Shown here: positions 29,495 to 38,794 of the stretch, piece by piece
Layout: every line of letters begins with the position of its first letter
How positions within the stretch are numbered: position 1 is the stretch's first letter
Assembly (NCBI GenBank): GCA_963675665.1
Contig: OY776510.1
Location: 2,592,001-2,656,000, forward strand
From: Spirochaetia bacterium
Lineage (GTDB): Bacteria > Spirochaetota > Spirochaetia > UBA9216
Length of the DNA: 64,000 nt
Reading direction: 5' to 3'
Program-made: the position numbers and the translations under genes
The notes under the pieces: model-generated
The model's input: only the letters and a program-made list of their open reading frames with translations
Told to the model about the DNA's origin: nothing
The model's database searches: none

Positions 29495-30598
29495 TCATGC
29501 GACTTCTGTTCTACCTACCATCATTCCCCAAATAAATCCTGATAATTCTCTGGCAACTGCCGTAACAGTTTTCTGAGGGCATACCCCTCTACGAATCATC
29601 CTGAAATATTTCTTACTCAACCTTCTGCCGGCTTTATCAGCATAAGCTATTGTTTCAGCAGATTGTCCTTTCCTTCTCGCTGTCAGTCGTTTCGATGGCG
29701 AATACCTTTGGTAATGCCAGCTTGATTCCACTAACAGCCGTCGTAGCCTGGAGTTGCCGGCCTTCGTAATCCCGCCAAGCTTCCGGCCCTCTCCGCTTGA
29801 GTATTCTGACGGCACAAGTCCAAGATACGCCATGAAGGATTCCGCTTTTTTAAATCTTCTGAAATCTCCTATCTCGCATACAAATGTTAATGCTGTTAAT
29901 GTCTCTATACCTTTGAAACATCGAAGCCGGGATACCCTTTCTTTATATCTGTCTTCAGCAGCAATCTCTTCTATTTTTTCCTGCAACCGTTCAATCTTTT
30001 CCTCTAATTCCACAATCGCAAGATAATATTCTTTTAAAACTTCTTTATGCATTACCTGTTCAAACTGCAAGTTTTTCAACCAGGTTCGATGCGCCCCTGT
30101 CCAGTACTTTTTCCCAATATCATATTTCTTCCCGTTCCTTAGCAGAAACTGTAAGAGCCTCTGTTTCTGTTTCCTCAAATCAATTTTCATATCGTTACAC
30201 ATCCTCATGTAATCACGAACTGATTCATCTGTGCGTGTCGGTATATTCACCGGTGTTATTTCCTGATTCCTTAATGCTCTGGCTAATTTGACTGCATCCC
30301 TCTTGTCTGTCTTTATTCGGTCTCCGGGTTTCCTCGGCAATAATGATGGTGCTGCTACGTAACAGATAATTCCCATATCTTCAAGTAATCTATAAAGTGT
30401 AAATCCTGTAGGGCCTGCTTCGTAACAACACAGAATATTTTCTCCATTCTCTTTAAGTCGCTTGAAGAATCTTTTAATATTTCCGGGTTCGTTCCTGAGC
30501 TCTCTTTCAAACTCAGGATTCTGATAATTATCTCTGAATACCGCTACTGCGATTGATTCCTTGTGGACATCCATCCCTACATAAATTACACTATTCAT
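29495..30598 (-). CDS. IS110-family DEDD recombinase/transposase
   Basis: GMDVHKE, CYEAGPTG, KTDKRDA, GLVPSEYSSG and GITKAGN; start MNSV after GGAGG. Confidence 0.95.
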   Translation of the reverse strand: MNSVIYVGMDVHKESIAVAVFRDNYQNPEFERELRNEPGNIKRFFKRLKENGENILCCYEAGPTGFTLYRLLEDMGIICYVAAPSLLPRKPGDRIKTDKRDAVKLARALRNQEITPVNIPTRTDESVRDYMRMCNDMKIDLRKQKQRLLQFLLRNGKKYDIGKKYWTGAHRTWLKNLQFEQVMHKEVLKEYYLAIVELEEKIERLQEKIEEIAAEDRYKERVSRLRCFKGIETLTALTFVCEIGDFRRFKKAESFMAYLGLVPSEYSSGEGRKLGGITKAGNSRLRRLLVESSWHYQRYSPSKRLTARRKGQSAETIAYADKAGRRLSKKYFRMIRRGVCPQKTVTAVARELSGFIWGMMVGRTEVA

Positions 30599-30832
30599 AG
30601 TGGCCTCCGTTCCTTTGTATGTGGCGTGTCTGCGCTTTGCCATTAGCCATTGTGTAGGCTAATCCACGATTTTGCAAACACGGCGGTCACTTCATATTGT
30701 CTAAAGTACTCCGTACTTTTTGTTATTTTATCATTTGGTAGTTTGAAAATATCTTTTCAAACTACACCCCCAGACACCTGCATCCATGCAGGAATTTCTT
30801 ATAGGAGGAATGATAAAAAGTCTTCATGAGCT

Positions 30833-30985
30833 GGTGAATTGATATACTGCCTTAACTTTAATTGAGGCAGTAAGGTTACTGTTCGACATTTTTACTGGTC
30901 CGCGAGACCGTTTAGGAGATTGAAGAGCCGTAACCGAAACATTCAATGGTCTGCGAGACCGGATAGGAGAATGGAACAATTCACC
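30833..30985 (+). ncRNA. Putative bridge RNA
   Basis: Outer stem GGTGAATTG/CAATTCACC; two repeated units built on a GGTC(C/T)GCGAGACC hairpin, each followed by TAGGAG. Confidence 0.7.
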
Positions 30986-31020
30986 GTATAGGCACTGCTT
31001 CAAACTATTGGAGATAGAAC

Positions 31021-32133
31021 ATGAAGATGAGTATTGGCGTGGATCTTCACAAAACGCAGTTTACAGTATGCCTTTTAAGTGAAGACCGAAAAATTGATCA
31101 ATTGGGAATGTATCCGACCAGCGGAAATGGTTATGGAGCATTTCTGAAAATGCTGGATGAATATTGTGAAGAGGAATATGAGTTGAGAGCAGCGGTGGAA
31201 ACAACCGGGAATGCCCGTTATTTCCGCAATAAACTGTTAAAGGCTGGAGTCGAAGTGGTTGTAGTGAATACTTTGAAATTCAAGGTAGTGAATGAATCTG
31301 TAAAAAAGACAGACAAACATGATGCACGCACCCTGGCGGAGTTTCTTGAGAAAGACATGCTGCCTGAATCGATATTATGTTCCCAAGAGAGTGAGGATAT
31401 TCGAAGGGTGCTGAAATCCAGGTCGATACTGGTAAAATCTGTTGTGTCGTTAAAGAACCAGGTGCATGGCTTATTACTTGGTTATGGAATAGAGACCAAA
31501 CGCGGACAGCTGCAGAGTAAAAAAGAAAGGCAGCGAATCCTGAACGGTCTCGAGGACCACGACTTTTACGGAAGCGCTGCCAAAACGGTAATACCGTTAC
31601 TGGATATGATAGATAATCAGGCATCGCAAGTCAAGCAGCTTGAAAAGGTTTTGGCTGAGCTTGTGGAGGACGATGAAGATGTTGAGCTTCTGCAGACAAT
31701 ACCAGGCGTGGGTCTAATAACAGCAGCAACAGTAAGAGCCTATACAGACGATATCGGCAGATATGATAGTGCGAAGAAATATGCAGCAAACGCCGGGCTT
31801 GTGCCATGGGTGCAGAACTCAAATATGACAATACATCATGGACATATAACAAAGCGTGGGCCTGTAGAACTGAGGACAGCCTTCGTACAGATGGTGATGG
31901 GAATGGTTCGTATGCAAAAGAAGACCGGGACGTACCGAATAATGACGAAGTATGCAGCGATGAAGAAGCAGAAAGGCTCGGGTAAGAGTGTAATAGCTGC
32001 CGCCCGCAAGATGAGCACTTTGGTATATACAATTTTAAAAACCAGAGAGCCGTTTGATCCGATGAAAATGGCTTTTAGAAAAGAATACAGGGAAATGCAG
32101 GCAGCAGCATGGGAAGCTGTAATGGTCGGTTGA
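31021..32133 (+). CDS. IS110-family DEDD recombinase/transposase
   Basis: GVDLHK, VETTG, KTDKHDA, TIPGVG, AGLVPWVQNS and HITKRG. Confidence 0.95.
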   Translation: MKMSIGVDLHKTQFTVCLLSEDRKIDQLGMYPTSGNGYGAFLKMLDEYCEEEYELRAAVETTGNARYFRNKLLKAGVEVVVVNTLKFKVVNESVKKTDKHDARTLAEFLEKDMLPESILCSQESEDIRRVLKSRSILVKSVVSLKNQVHGLLLGYGIETKRGQLQSKKERQRILNGLEDHDFYGSAAKTVIPLLDMIDNQASQVKQLEKVLAELVEDDEDVELLQTIPGVGLITAATVRAYTDDIGRYDSAKKYAANAGLVPWVQNSNMTIHHGHITKRGPVELRTAFVQMVMGMVRMQKKTGTYRIMTKYAAMKKQKGSGKSVIAAARKMSTLVYTILKTREPFDPMKMAFRKEYREMQAAAWEAVMVG

Positions 32134-32195
32134 TATCCGACTAGATCATAAGCTTATATTTTTAGCTTGTGGTTGACTTTTTATAGGAGTTATAT

Positions 32196-32546
32196 ATGAA
32201 CGAATACAGGATGGAGTTGAGTATTGCCTGTGCCGGCGGTGATGCCGACCACTTCTATAACACTGTTCTTATGATCGCCAAGGGATTTGAAATCGGAGTT
32301 TTGGAGAGTAAGCTGGGGCCGCTTGAGCCCAAGGTTGAGACTGTCATAGAATATGCCCCAGCTCAGGAAGTTAATACTAAAAGAAATCTAAACATAAAGG
32401 AGGCAGCTGAATACCTCAACCTCTCAAGCAAAACCCTCTACACATATACAGAAAAAGCAAAGATTCCATTCTATAAAATTGGAAGTCGGATTTTATTCAA
32501 AACCGAAGAACTGGATGCCTGGCTGAAAGAGCGGAAGGTAAAGTAA
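32196..32546 (+). CDS. Excisionase-like HTH protein
   Basis: LNIKEAAEYLNLSSKTLYTY..KIPFYKIGSRILFKTEELDAWL. Confidence 0.85.
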   Translation: MNEYRMELSIACAGGDADHFYNTVLMIAKGFEIGVLESKLGPLEPKVETVIEYAPAQEVNTKRNLNIKEAAEYLNLSSKTLYTYTEKAKIPFYKIGSRILFKTEELDAWLKERKVK

Positions 32547-32547
32547 T

Positions 32548-33710
32548 ATGTACGAATACTATGACAGGGAAAAACTGTACACAGAGGTCTGGGAAAAACC
32601 GATGTCTGAGGTATGCAAGAGCTATGGAATATCGGATGTAGCCCTTAAGAAAACCTGTAAGAAACTGCGGGTGGCAACCCCTCCCGGGGATATTGGGCAA
32701 AGAAGGATGCCGGAAAAGAACCGCCGAAACCAAAGCTTATCCCCTTTGAAAATCCGCCCAGGCTTATAATCAGAAGAACAACATCGTCAGGTGACAACGA
32801 GCCTGATACAGAACCCAGATTGGCTCTCGAGGCATTTGAAGAGGCGGAACGCCTTGTTCAGTCACTTCAGTTGGTGCAGGTTTCGGATGATCTGGAAGAT
32901 CTGCACCCGTTTGTTCGTAATACGCGTAAAGTCTTTAAAAGACAGCAGAAAAAGCGATATTACGGAATAGACTATAACCGGGTTAACGTATCAGAGTCGG
33001 GTGTATTCGACATTAATATTGGACAGGATAGCATCGACAGGGTTTCCCTGCTACTTCAATCCATCTGTCATAATCTATTGGTTAACGGATTCATAATAGA
33101 AGCTGATGAGAGAGAAGGTGTTGTATTCCGGATTATGGATGAGGACCTCTCTATTAAGATATCCGAGTCAACTAAAAAGACAGCCATCCCTTAAGGAAAA
33201 CAGGATAAAGACAGCTACTGGCTTAAAGACTATGAGTATATTCCGACCGGGATCCTGAAACTTGAGATTAATACAAGCGCATTCACGATGAAGGGGCAGA
33301 AGGCCTGGACCGATGGTAAAACAAAAAACATTGAAAGCAGAATCAACGAAATTATACGTCAACTCATCTATGCTGCCGCCTGGAACAAGGAACGGGCTGC
33401 CAATCATAAGAAAAGAGCGGAGGAATGGAGAATCGAGGAGGAAAAGCGGGCTGAAAGAGAAAGATTGGCCAGACTTGAACGTGAAAGGATCTCCAGGCTT
33501 GAAGCTGGATACAAGAAATGGATCTACCATAAAGAACTTTCGGATTATGTTAACGCTGTAAGGTCTCACTATCTGGAGCATAAAGGAGAACCTGAAGGAG
33601 ATTTTGCCGACTGGCTGAAATGGGCCGAGGGTTATCTTGAGGTAAACAATCCGCTGAAAGATGAATACCCCAAATTCAAGATAGAGGAGGCTAAGGTATG
33701 TATGTGGTAA
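32548..33710 (+). pseudogene. Disrupted element-associated hypothetical gene
   Basis: REKLYTEVWEKPM..GISDVALKKTCKKL..PP N-terminus; frameshift near 32685; in-frame TAA at 33192-33194 between ORFs 32820 and 33288. Confidence 0.75.
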
Positions 33711-33907
33711 AGAAGAAGGATGTTAAAAGCAGTGACAATCATATAAAGAGTGAATTAGGGATTCTATTGGATGAGTTTTCCCCTGAAATACTGAAGGCAT
33801 TTACAGAGCCCCCTGAGTTTGGTTCGGTCAGTGTTAAGGTTGTTTATCATCAGGCAAAGGCTGTCAGGATTGAATGCGGAAGATGTATCTCCGCTAAATT
33901 TGGATAG
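33698..33907 (+). CDS. Small hypothetical protein
   Basis: GGAGG RBS; overlaps the previous stop codon. Confidence 0.45.
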   Translation: MYVVKKKDVKSSDNHIKSELGILLDEFSPEILKAFTEPPEFGSVSVKVVYHQAKAVRIECGRCISAKFG

Positions 33908-33968
33908 TTTTTCATTTTTCTGTACTTTCCGCATAGTTATGTATAAATTTTACTTATGGGGGTACGTT

Positions 33969-34127
33969 ATGGAGATAGAACCTGTAAATCCTGCATCTGT
34001 CCCGCCTGAACCAGTAGAACCGCCGCCGGTTACCGAGCAAGCCCCGCCGAGCCCTGAAGAAGAGGCTCCGGAGGAACAGATTATTCAGGATGATGAACTT
34101 GGAGAAAATGTAGATCTTCTGACCTGA
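33969..34127 (+). CDS. Small acidic Pro/Glu-rich protein
   Basis: GGGGG RBS; MEIEPVNPASVPPEPVEPPP...LGENVDLLT. Confidence 0.45.
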   Translation: MEIEPVNPASVPPEPVEPPPVTEQAPPSPEEEAPEEQIIQDDELGENVDLLT

Positions 34128-34258
34128 CAGATAGCACTAAACATGCCGCTAAGTAACGTGGGAAATGTCAGATAATGAAGTATTTTTGAGTTACATCGGA
34201 TTGCTCTTGTTAAATGTATAAATCTTGACAATAAGTAATATGATAGTAGAATAAGAGC

Positions 34259-34564
34259 ATGAAGTTCCCTAATGTTGAAATTCAGGATGATATTATCATA
34301 AATCTCGCAAGAAAATATCGCATAAAGGAATTGTCTTTTTTTGGTTCAATTCTGCGAGATGATTTTAATGAGGATAGTGATATTGATATTCTTGTCGAAT
34401 TTATAGATATTCATGAATATTCTCTTTTTGATCTTTTTAAAATTAAGGAAGACTTTAAATCTGTATTCGGAAAAGAAGTGGACTTGATAGAAAAAGATAG
34501 CCTAAGAAATCCGTATCGACGTGAAAATATTCTGAGAAACTCCAGGGTTGTGTATGCAGCTTAG
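34259..34564 (+). CDS. MNT nucleotidyltransferase antitoxin
   Basis: FFGSILRDDF..DSDIDILVEF; promoter TTGACA(34225)-16-TAGAAT immediately upstream. Confidence 0.9.
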   Translation: MKFPNVEIQDDIIINLARKYRIKELSFFGSILRDDFNEDSDIDILVEFIDIHEYSLFDLFKIKEDFKSVFGKEVDLIEKDSLRNPYRRENILRNSRVVYAA

Positions 34565-34895
34565 TGAAAGAAATAAAGGTTATCTCTGGGATATTCTGGA
34601 TGCTTGCAAGGATATAATAAATTTTCTTGAAAATACTACCTATGAGGATTTCTCCATTGATAAAATGAAAAGATTTGCTGTAGAGCGGCAGTTACTTGTC
34701 ATCGGAGAAGCTGCCAATCATTTATCTGCAGATTTTACTGAAGCGAATCATGATATACCCTGGCACATGATAGTTGGACTTCGGAATATTATCGCGCACG
34801 AATATGGAGAGATCCTGGTCGATAGGATCTATAAAATAGCGAGAGAAAATGTTCCGGAATTAATGGGACTAATATCTGTATTATTAGATAATTAA
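34548..34895 (+). CDS. HEPN (DUF86) RNase toxin
   Basis: AVERQLLVIGEA, IPW..IVGLRNIIAHEYG. Confidence 0.9.
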   Translation: MCMQLSERNKGYLWDILDACKDIINFLENTTYEDFSIDKMKRFAVERQLLVIGEAANHLSADFTEANHDIPWHMIVGLRNIIAHEYGEILVDRIYKIARENVPELMGLISVLLDN

Positions 34896-35005
34896 CTCCT
34901 AAATTTATTCCTTTCTCTGCATATTGTTCCTTACTGTCAATTCCTTTGATGGATCATGGGTTCGCATGTTATCCTGTGATCTATTATTAAAAAGGAGATT
35001 TAAAA

Positions 35006-35374
35006 ATGGATTTATTGGTCGATATCCTAAGCCGTATCAGGCGGGATGGGGCTATGTTCTACGGATTATCCGTGAACGACCATCTGGACTACATCAAGGG
35101 TTTGTACGACACCTTCGAAGAGCAGTATTTGATGGTGAGCCGTCTTCGTGAAAAAGTCCAGTGCAATCAGGCTGACTGCCGCAGGATTATCGAGTTTCTG
35201 CTGCAGAACAATTATATCGCAAGCGATCTCTCGACCGACAGCTTCATATCGGAGCATTTCATGTTCAACGGAAAGAAGAAAACAAAGGATGATGTCAGGA
35301 AGTTTCCCCGGGGCGATGCGGATGGAATATCAATCCTTGATGAAAATTTCAGCCTGAAGATCCCTATAAGGTAG
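35006..35374 (+). CDS. Hypothetical protein
   Basis: AGGAG RBS, 122 aa. Confidence 0.5.
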   Translation: MDLLVDILSRIRRDGAMFYGLSVNDHLDYIKGLYDTFEEQYLMVSRLREKVQCNQADCRRIIEFLLQNNYIASDLSTDSFISEHFMFNGKKKTKDDVRKFPRGDADGISILDENFSLKIPIR

Positions 35375-35409
35375 CAAAGGAAGAGCAAATCGCTATGTCC
35401 GCATGGAAG

Positions 35410-35448
35410 TTGACTTTTTAATAACCTTGTATTACATTATGTATTACA
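35410..35448 (+). promoter_or_regulatory. vapBC promoter with tandem operator sites
   Basis: TTGACT -35 and two TGTATTACA quasi-palindromes (35428, 35440). Confidence 0.6.
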
Positions 35449-35458
35449 GGGGGATTGT

Positions 35459-35704
35459 ATGACTACAGTAAGATTAAATGATGATATAGATAATAAACTG
35501 ATTCAATTGATAGATCTTGAAAAAACTACAAAAACAGAGATTATCAAGAAAGCAATATCCGAGTATTACCAGCACCATGTTGAAAAGAAAACGCCGTATG
35601 AGTTGGGAGCGGACCTATTTGGCAGAGTCGGTAGTGAGCCGGATCTCTCCCGGAATTATAAAAAGATATTAAAGGATAAACTGAATGAAAAATACTCTCA
35701 TTGA
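35459..35704 (+). CDS. Ribbon-helix-helix antitoxin (VapB-like)
   Basis: MTTVRL...KTEIIKKAISEY; overlaps the PIN gene. Confidence 0.8.
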   Translation: MTTVRLNDDIDNKLIQLIDLEKTTKTEIIKKAISEYYQHHVEKKTPYELGADLFGRVGSEPDLSRNYKKILKDKLNEKYSH

Positions 35705-36104
35705 TGCAGGTCCTTTAATAGCATTATTTAACAAAAAAGATAAATATCATGAGCAGATAAAAGCCTTTTTAAAGGACTATAATGGGGTACTGACAAGCAG
35801 TTGGCCTGTAATCACCGAAGTTACACATATGCTGGATTTTAGTGTTCAGGCTCAAATAGATTTTCTAACATGGGTGAGCTTAGGCGGGATTATATTGGAA
35901 GATATATCAGATGAAGGATTATCCAGGATCATTGAGTTATCCAGGAAATATTCAGATGTCCCTATGGATTTGGCAGATGCTTCATTGGTAGTCTTGTCAG
36001 AGAAGTTAAGAATTAAGGAAATAATATCGATCGATTCTGATTATTATGTTTATAGAACAATAAACAAAGAAATGATTGAGAATATTTTTCAATATAGTAA
36101 TTAA
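35685..36104 (+). CDS. PIN domain toxin (VapC-like)
   Basis: LIDAGPLIAL, VITEV, MDLADASLV and SIDSDY. Confidence 0.9.
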   Translation: MKNTLIDAGPLIALFNKKDKYHEQIKAFLKDYNGVLTSSWPVITEVTHMLDFSVQAQIDFLTWVSLGGIILEDISDEGLSRIIELSRKYSDVPMDLADASLVVLSEKLRIKEIISIDSDYYVYRTINKEMIENIFQYSN

Positions 36105-36170
36105 TATCCTGCTTAAGAATCTGCCGAATCTATAAAACTGCTTCTGTATTAAGCTTTATTTAAATGTATC

Positions 36171-36278
36171 TGCGAAGGGAAATTGCCGTCATACCGGATA
36201 GGCGGCCGCACAATCTTCAGAGAGAAAGAGCTGCTGGAGTGGATTGAGTATAGGAAGCGGGATGTGTTGACTGTTTAA
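36171..36278 (+). pseudogene. Remnant of a third excisionase-like HTH gene
   Basis: CEGKLPSYRIGGRTIFREKELLEWIE, homologous to the C-halves of the 16380 and 32196 proteins; no intact 5' half. Confidence 0.6.
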
Positions 36279-36411
36279 TGCTTATTTGTCGGAAAAAACC
36301 ACCATAAAGCCCAAATATGGCAATAATGACGGAATATACCAACATATAATGCCGAAAATTATACTGTTTTTGCTTCTTAATCAATGTATTTGTTGACTTA
36401 TCCCAACATTA

Positions 36412-36783
36412 GTGGCTATAATGGCTATTATGATGGAAAATGCCAACAATAACTGGGTTTCAATGACGGATTCCGCACTTATTAGTGTAATCGGTTCGTA
36501 TATCAAACACCGGCGACTGGAACAAGATAAGACGCAGGAACAAACAGCGCATGAAGCAGGCGTAAACCGGAGCACTTTGGTTCAAATTGAAAACGGGGAA
36601 TCGATTACGCTTTCTTCTCTCATCCAAATACTGAGAGCGCTTGATTTGTTGCACCTGATGGATAACTTCATAATTGAAGATAAGATAAGTCCGATACAGT
36701 ATGCAAAATTACAGGAAAGACGAAGGAAAAGAGCCAGTTCAACAAAAAGTGTAATTGAACCTGATAAGGATCTGGAATGGTAG
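36412..36783 (+). CDS. XRE HTH antitoxin (HipB-like)
   Basis: KHRRLEQDKTQEQTAHEAGVNRSTLVQIENG; the true start is probably a downstream ATG. Confidence 0.85.
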   Translation: MAIMAIMMENANNNWVSMTDSALISVIGSYIKHRRLEQDKTQEQTAHEAGVNRSTLVQIENGESITLSSLIQILRALDLLHLMDNFIIEDKISPIQYAKLQERRRKRASSTKSVIEPDKDLEW

Positions 36784-38081
36784 ATTATGCATATGTAAAT
36801 ATATGGAATACCTTAGTCGGTGTCGTCAGATGGGACCCAAACCGGCAAATAGCCGATTTTCAGTATGATAAAGATTTTCTGAACAGGAACTGGGATATTG
36901 CGCCGATTAAGATGCCGCTCAGCAACGGAGACAGGGTATACAGCTTTCCTGAACTTTTAAAAGCCAGAGACAGCACGGAAGATTCCTTTAAGGGTCTGCC
37001 CGGGCTGTTAGCTGATTCGCTTCCCGATAAATACGGAAACCTGTTAACAGAAAGGTGGCTGACTGCCAACGGGCGGCCTCCGGGCAGCATGAATCCGGTT
37101 GAAAAACTATGTTTCATCGGAAACCGGGGCATGGGGGCCCTGGAGTTTGAACCTGCCCGGATGAAACCGAACCGGAACACCTTTGCAGTCGAAATAGAAG
37201 GCCTGGTCGATATCGCGAGGAAGATGCTTGCGGAGCGTGAGGATTTTAATACCTCTCTCCAGGAGGATGAGAAACAGGCTATGAGGGAGATCCTTAAGAT
37301 CGGGACCTCAGCAGGCGGTGCAAGGCCCAAGGCTGTCATCGCGTTCAACAGGAAAACAAAAGAGGTACGATCCGGGCAGACTAAGGTCCCCGCCGGGTTT
37401 GAGCATTGGCTTCTGAAGCTTGACGGTGTAAGCGGGGTGCAGGTCGGTGATAGTCACGGCTGGGGTCGTATTGAATATGCATATTACCTGATGGCGAAAG
37501 AATGCGGTATCGAGATGACTGAATGTGAACTGCTCGAAGAAAACGGCAGGGCGCATTTTATGACGAGGCGGTTCGACCGTGAAAAGAATAACATCAGGCA
37601 CCATGTTCAAACCCTTTGCGGTATTCAGCATTTTGATTACAACAATATTTTAGCTTACAGCTATGAGCAGGTCTTTCAGACGATGCGTCAATTGAGATTA
37701 ACCCATCCTGAAGCGGAGCAGATGTTTCGACGGATGGTTTTCAATGTCCTGGCAACCAATTGCGATGATCATACCAAGAACTTTTCATTCAGGTTGAAGA
37801 AGGATGAAAGATGGGCTCTGGCTCCGGCCTACGATGTTTGCTTTTCATATGACCCGAACAATAAATGGGTCAGCCGGCAGACCTTGAGTATAAACAGTAA
37901 ACACAGCGATATTACTAAAGAAGATCTTATGACTATAGCTAAAGCAAACAATATTAAAAAGGGCAGAGAGATAATCGATGAGATTAATGCCGTTGTAAGA
38001 AAGTGGGATGACTTCGCATCCAGGGTAAACGTCAGAGAAGATCTGAAGATCAATATTAAGAATAACCTCCGCACATTTTAA
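36777..38081 (+). CDS. hipA: HipA family Ser/Thr kinase toxin
   Basis: DSLPDKYG, GTSAGGARPK, RRFDR, NCDDHTKNFSF and LAPAYD. Confidence 0.93.
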   Translation: MVDYAYVNIWNTLVGVVRWDPNRQIADFQYDKDFLNRNWDIAPIKMPLSNGDRVYSFPELLKARDSTEDSFKGLPGLLADSLPDKYGNLLTERWLTANGRPPGSMNPVEKLCFIGNRGMGALEFEPARMKPNRNTFAVEIEGLVDIARKMLAEREDFNTSLQEDEKQAMREILKIGTSAGGARPKAVIAFNRKTKEVRSGQTKVPAGFEHWLLKLDGVSGVQVGDSHGWGRIEYAYYLMAKECGIEMTECELLEENGRAHFMTRRFDREKNNIRHHVQTLCGIQHFDYNNILAYSYEQVFQTMRQLRLTHPEAEQMFRRMVFNVLATNCDDHTKNFSFRLKKDERWALAPAYDVCFSYDPNNKWVSRQTLSINSKHSDITKEDLMTIAKANNIKKGREIIDEINAVVRKWDDFASRVNVREDLKINIKNNLRTF

Positions 38082-38130
38082 GATAAGAGTGTTTAATGGC
38101 CACGGATTGCCCGGGCAAGGCAGGCGGGTA

Positions 38131-38198
38131 ACACGGACTGCGTTAATCCATATAGTCTGACTTAAACTATCAGCACCGAAGCCGCAGGCGTAGGTATG
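38131..38198 (+). repeat. 68-bp element, inverted copy of 53793-53860
   Basis: 65/68 identity to the reverse complement of 53793-53860; begins with ACACGGA. Confidence 0.9.
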
Positions 38199-38427
38199 TG
38201 CATAGCGAAGCAATGCAGGCGGTTAACGGATGAAGAGAAAAGTAATTACGTAATCAGTTGGTATGTTTATACGCAGCTATCTTTGTTCATTCATCATGTT
38301 TGCCTCCAGGATTTTTAATTGTACAGCTCATTTCAGGCTGTTCAAGGCCAAGGCAAGCGGTCTTTTAGACCGGCCCTGAGCATCCTGAAAGTGAGCCTGT
38401 CTCCTTTTTAAAAAAAGGAGGCAGAAA

Positions 38428-38793
38428 ATGCTGGTATATGAAGAGTTGTCAAATAAAGTGGTTAACGGTTTTATTAAAGTCCACAATGAATTGGGTATGG
38501 GGTTGCTTGAGTCATGTTACCACAATGCGCTGTATTTTGAGCTGAAAGAGCAGGGGCTTGGGGTCGGTTATAATGCTCCGTTTAATGTGTTTTATAACGG
38601 TCAGCAGGTGGGTGAGTTTTACGCTGACCTGGCAGTTGAGGGTAAAATTATCATTGAAATCAAGGCGGTTAAGGCTCTTTCTTCGGCGCATGAAGCCCAG
38701 CTATTGAATTATCTCCATATCAGCAAATGTCGGGTCGGGTATCTGGTCAACTTTCAGGGGGAACGGGCGGTCTGGAAACGGTTTGTGGTTTAA
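38428..38793 (+). CDS. GxxExxY protein (PD-(D/E)XK nuclease fold)
   Basis: LGMGLLESCY, ADLAVEGKIIIEIK and AQLLNYL. Confidence 0.93.
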   Translation: MLVYEELSNKVVNGFIKVHNELGMGLLESCYHNALYFELKEQGLGVGYNAPFNVFYNGQQVGEFYADLAVEGKIIIEIKAVKALSSAHEAQLLNYLHISKCRVGYLVNFQGERAVWKRFVV

Positions 38794-38794
38794 T

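Larger units (their letters stand above)
29206..30702 (-). mobile_element. IS110-family element, IS1111 type
   Basis: Sub-terminal inverted repeats ATATGATGTGACC (29210) / GGTCACTTCATAT (30685); TCT core at both ends; long non-coding region downstream of the transposase. Confidence 0.85.
30801..32189 (+). mobile_element. IS110-family element (non-coding region upstream of the recombinase)
   Basis: ATAGGAG at both ends; the circular junction would form TTGACT-17-TAAAAA with an extended TG. Confidence 0.8.

Noticed and set aside
30897-30975. Possible mini-CRISPR (two GGTCYGCGAGACC..TAGGAGA repeats)
   Set aside because: Only two imperfect units, no cas genes, and located in an IS110 non-coding end; better explained as bridge-RNA loops.
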